64,000 nucleotides of DNA from Lentisphaerae bacterium GWF2_50_93. Lineage in GTDB: Bacteria > Verrucomicrobiota > Lentisphaeria > Victivallales > GWF2-50-93. The stretch lies in assembly GCA_001804815.1 (NCBI GenBank), contig MHBI01000087.1, positions 9,558 to 73,557 on the forward strand. The letters run 5' to 3'. Of this stretch, positions 61,009 through 64,000 are shown piece after piece. Below the pieces are notes generated by a model, which saw only the letters and a program-made list of their open reading frames with translations, was not told the DNA's origin and made no database searches. Position 1 is the first letter of the stretch. Every line of letters begins with the position of its first letter. The position numbers were made by a program, and so were the translations under genes.

Positions 61009-61977
61009 ATGAAATATCTTGTCACCGGCGGCGCCGGTTTTATCGGAAGCCATCTCGTTGAGTCGCTTCTCAAGGATGGTCATTCTGTAACCGTAGTCGA
61101 TGACTTCTCGACCGGCTCCAGGGAAAACCTCGCGGCTGTCATCAAAAATCCAAGGCTGGACCTGGTTGAAGGCGATATCCTCAACCTTCCGGAACTCGAA
61201 TATCTCATTACAAAATCGGACATGGTCTTCCATCTTGCCGCCGCCGTCGGAGTCGAACTCGTAGTCCATGATCCTGTCAGGACGATTGTCACCAATGTGC
61301 ACGGTACCGAACGCGTCCTGCGCGGGGCGGAGAGGAGCAAGACGAAAGTACTCATCGCCTCCACAAGCGAAGTGTATGGCAAGTCTGAAAAGGTCAAGTT
61401 CAACGAGGACGATGATCTTCTCATAGGGCCTTCGACCAACTGCCGCTGGTCGTATGCCTGCAGCAAGCTGCTCGACGAGTTTTTCGGGATGGCTTATTAC
61501 AGGGCTGAAAAGATGCCTGTTGTCATCGTCAGGTTCTTCAATACTGTCGGCCCCAGGCAGACGGGACGCTACGGCATGGTGCTTCCGCGCTTTGTCAGCA
61601 AGGCCCTGAAGAATGAGGCGCTGCAGGTCTACGGTGACGGTGAACAGTCAAGATGCTTCTGCCATGTCTACGACGCCGTCAGGGCATTGCGCCTGATTGC
61701 GGACTGCGATGGCGCTGTCGGGAAAATATTCAATATCGGCAACACCGAGGAAGTTTCGATGAACGCTCTTGCCGCCATGGTTATAAAACGTTTAAAAAGC
61801 AAGGCCAAAGTCAAGCACATAGCATATGAGAAGGCCTACGAATCCGGTTTCGAGGACATGAGAAGGAGGCTTCCCGACATATCAAAGATAAACAAGGCGA
61901 CAGGCTGGAAGCCGGAACACAACCTCAGCCAGATCATCGATTCTGTCGCAGCCTACTTCAAAAAGAAGAAATCCTAA
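61009..61977 (+). CDS. NAD-dependent epimerase/dehydratase (UDP-glucuronate decarboxylase-like SDR)
   Basis: GGAGFIGSH Rossmann motif, STSEVYG and YACSKLLDE (YxxxK). I chose ATG 61009 for its AAGGAG RBS, not the TTG at 61003. Confidence 0.9.
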   Translation: MKYLVTGGAGFIGSHLVESLLKDGHSVTVVDDFSTGSRENLAAVIKNPRLDLVEGDILNLPELEYLITKSDMVFHLAAAVGVELVVHDPVRTIVTNVHGTERVLRGAERSKTKVLIASTSEVYGKSEKVKFNEDDDLLIGPSTNCRWSYACSKLLDEFFGMAYYRAEKMPVVIVRFFNTVGPRQTGRYGMVLPRFVSKALKNEALQVYGDGEQSRCFCHVYDAVRALRLIADCDGAVGKIFNIGNTEEVSMNALAAMVIKRLKSKAKVKHIAYEKAYESGFEDMRRRLPDISKINKATGWKPEHNLSQIIDSVAAYFKKKKS

Positions 61978-62028
61978 GGTAGGACAAGGCTTGAGGCTAT
62001 TCTATTTTTGATGAGAGAATCGAATCAT

Positions 62029-62202
62029 CCCGCAACTTGCGGGACAAGCATGGAGCTTGTCCTGCTTTTAGCAGGATGCGGCAATTTATTGCCGCCTTTA
62101 AAGACGGAATTTATTCCGTCCAACAAGACTTCCGCGAAATAGATTTCGCGATACAAGGCGGCAACAAGTTACCGCACTCCACGGTCAGGCTGAATGCCTG
62201 AC
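62029..62202 (+). other. Array of eight consecutive, sequence-distinct short hairpins
   Basis: The eight hairpins are:
- cccgca-act-tgcggg
- ggacaagc-atgga-gcttgtcc
- cctgc-tttta-gcagg
- gcggcaa-ttta-ttgccgc
- gacggaa-ttta-ttccgtc
- cgcgaaat-ag-atttcgcg
- gcggcaac-aa-gttaccgc (1 mismatch)
- gtcaggc-tgaat-gcctgac. Confidence 0.8.
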
Positions 62203-62299
62203 GAAATCAAAAATACGATTAATGGTTCCATGCGAATTTTATCTTATGGCAAATTGCATTCATAGGCGTTATGCATTTTTAATTTGAGGATTTCTCTTC

Positions 62300-63418
62300 A
62301 TGAATGATTCAAGCGAACAGGGTCCGGTCAGAACGTCGAAGCTGTTCAAGGTGCTGTCGGTGTCTTTCCTCGCGCTCCAGGTCCTGATTATCGTGCTCAT
62401 AGTGCTTATTGCCTTCAACAAGGCGAAAGCCAGGAAGGTAGAGGCCGTGGAGAAGAAGAGGACCCCTGTCGAAGTGCTGACCGTCAAGCCGAAGAAGGTC
62501 ATGGACCTCATCGAGATTCCGGCGAGGGTGGAAGCCTGGAATTCGGTCGAACTCTCCTCTGAAGTCGAGGGACAGGTCATTTTCCATGGCGCGCAGGAGG
62601 GTGACAAGGTCGCAAGGGATGCCGTCATACTTAAGATTGACGACCGGGTGTATGCCGCAAGGAAGATGAGGGCGGAGGCGGATATCCTCAAGGCCGAGGC
62701 CGACATGAAGAGGAATCTCAAGCTTTTCGATTCTAAAAGCATTTCCGAGAAGGATATGGACAGCGTCAAGAGTGCCAGGGCCCTGGCCGAATCGGAGCTC
62801 ATCATAGCGAAGACGGCGCTTGAGAAATGCGTGATTCGCACTCCACTCGACGGGTATCTGGATGAGCTTCCGGCGGATGTGGGCGAATATGTGACCGCCG
62901 GCAAACTGGTGGCGAGGATCGAGGAGGTCGACAAGGTGAAGCTCGTGGTCAGCGTCCCGGAGAAGGCAGTACGCGTTGTGAAGGCCGGCATGGATATGCA
63001 TTTCATCGTCGACGACGGCAGGGAGATGAAGGGGAAGATCATCTTCCTCGCAACGGCTGCAGACAACAATTCCCTATCGTACAGGGCTGAGATCGAGGTT
63101 GGCAACAAGGATCTCTACTTCCGTCCTGGAATGATTGTGCGCGTCAAGATAATCAGGAGGACGCTCGATGATGCCTTGGTGGTCCCGCTCATCGCCGTCA
63201 TACCGAAGTATGGTGCGTATTTCGTCTATCTCGCGGATTCGAAGGACATGGCCGTCCTGCGTGAGATAAAGCTGTCGTTCATATCAGGGCATGATGCCGT
63301 AGTCGAGGACGGTGTCAGGGAAGGCGACAGGGTAATCTTCGAAGGACAGAACCTGATAAGGGAGAATGAGCCGCTGAGAATCCTGAACGAACCCGGGGAC
63401 GGACAGAAGGCGAAATGA
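62300..63418 (+). CDS. Efflux RND transporter periplasmic adaptor (membrane fusion protein)
   Basis: N-terminal TM, lipoyl/hairpin/beta-barrel layout (IPARVEAWNSVELSSEVEGQV..., coiled-coil AEADILKAEADMKRN, CVIRTPLDGYL). GAGGA RBS. The stop overlaps the pump start in ATGA. Confidence 0.85.
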   Translation: MNDSSEQGPVRTSKLFKVLSVSFLALQVLIIVLIVLIAFNKAKARKVEAVEKKRTPVEVLTVKPKKVMDLIEIPARVEAWNSVELSSEVEGQVIFHGAQEGDKVARDAVILKIDDRVYAARKMRAEADILKAEADMKRNLKLFDSKSISEKDMDSVKSARALAESELIIAKTALEKCVIRTPLDGYLDELPADVGEYVTAGKLVARIEEVDKVKLVVSVPEKAVRVVKAGMDMHFIVDDGREMKGKIIFLATAADNNSLSYRAEIEVGNKDLYFRPGMIVRVKIIRRTLDDALVVPLIAVIPKYGAYFVYLADSKDMAVLREIKLSFISGHDAVVEDGVREGDRVIFEGQNLIRENEPLRILNEPGDGQKAK

Positions 63419-64000
63419 TTGTAAGCGACTATGCCATCAAGCTGAAGACCGGCGTGTTCGCCGCGCTCTTCTTCATCATCATCTCAGGGGTTTACTGCTA
63501 CCTGACTCTCCCGCGCGAGGCTTTCCCGGACATCACCGTGCCATATGTGTTCGTCAGCACGAGCTACGAAGGCGTCTCTCCGGAGGAGATCGAGAACCTC
63601 ATAACGATCAAGCTGGAGAAGAAGCTCAAGGGGCTGGACAATGTAAAGGAGATAACTTCCACATCCTACGAGGGCTTCAGCAACATCACCATCGAGTTCT
63701 ATCCCAACCAGGGGATAGACAGCGCCGTCCAGAAGGTGAAGGACAAGGTCGATCTCGCCAAGTCCGACCTTCCCGACGACCTCGAGTCGGATCCGGTGGT
63801 CAGTGAAATAAATCTGAGCACCGACATCCCTGTCATAACCGTGGCATTCTACGGGAACGACAGCATACGCCTGCTGAAGAAGGTTGTCGAGGACATCCAG
63901 GAGCAGGTCGAGTCGGTTCCAGGCGTGCTTGAGGCGAAGATCTTCGGCGACCGCGAGCGCGAGATCAGGATCGAGATAGACGTCAAGCGCCTCAATGCCT
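63415..64000 (+). CDS. RND efflux pump inner-membrane permease (AcrB/HAE1-like), N-terminal part only
   Basis: My translation from ATG 63415 is MIVSDYAIKLKTGVFAALFFIIISGVYCYLTLPREAFPDITVPYVFVSTSYEGVSPEEIENLIT... This is the typical RND N-terminus. It runs off the right edge and is not in the ORF track. Confidence 0.9.
   Translation, partial: MIVSDYAIKLKTGVFAALFFIIISGVYCYLTLPREAFPDITVPYVFVSTSYEGVSPEEIENLITIKLEKKLKGLDNVKEITSTSYEGFSNITIEFYPNQGIDSAVQKVKDKVDLAKSDLPDDLESDPVVSEINLSTDIPVITVAFYGNDSIRLLKKVVEDIQEQVESVPGVLEAKIFGDREREIRIEIDVKRLNA

Overview
64-kb window from an unidentified diderm bacterium. I cannot place it taxonomically from sequence alone. It is gene-dense except for several intergenic regions packed with repeats. 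No rRNA, tRNA or CRISPR array was seen by eye.

Order of content:
(1) A partial GT1 glycosyltransferase that runs off the left edge and is missing from the ORF track, followed by an LPS-kinase-family gene.
(2) A 14.5-kb all-minus-strand envelope locus (2898-17366). It holds two tandem CsgG-like lipoproteins, three secreted proteins built from one unrecognised Asn/Ser/Thr/Gly-rich ~33-aa imperfect repeat, LPP20/FlgT-like proteins, small lipoproteins and a toxin-less RHS/YD protein. I read this as a candidate curli-like fibre export system of a new type.
(3) gltX, a Gfo/Idh/MocA-aldo/keto-reductase fusion, an FGE(SUMF1)-domain protein and a Sel1/TPR protein.
(4) One 16.4-kb ORF (27669-44030, 5453 aa) encoding a giant modular surface protein. 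Modules are an FG-GAP propeller, a beta-helix, InlB-B-like repeats, at least 7 LamG domains, a 7 x 60-aa repeat block, cadherin/Calx-like domains, PPC and FN3-like domains.
(5) A 9-kb operon for a six-subunit membrane complex related to group-4 hydrogenases and complex I. Its 'large subunit' lacks all four canonical NiFe-ligand cysteines (Ehr-type, function unknown). An HTH-EIIA regulator gene heads the operon. The operon is interrupted by a four-helix-bundle (23S-IVS/Avd-like) gene cassette flanked by 42-bp tandem arrays.
(6) hipBA, a dus-family gene, a TPR-like protein, trxA, psd-pssA, an NAD-dependent epimerase/dehydratase and the start of an RND efflux pump.

The intergenic DNA carries several reused repeat families: GGAT/ATCC-word elements, CTTYAG-loop hairpins with covarying stems, 8-bp TTCGAYYG microsatellites, IR-bounded MITE-like elements and an array of eight consecutive hairpins.

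All functional calls rest on motif recognition by eye in the supplied translations. No database search was run.
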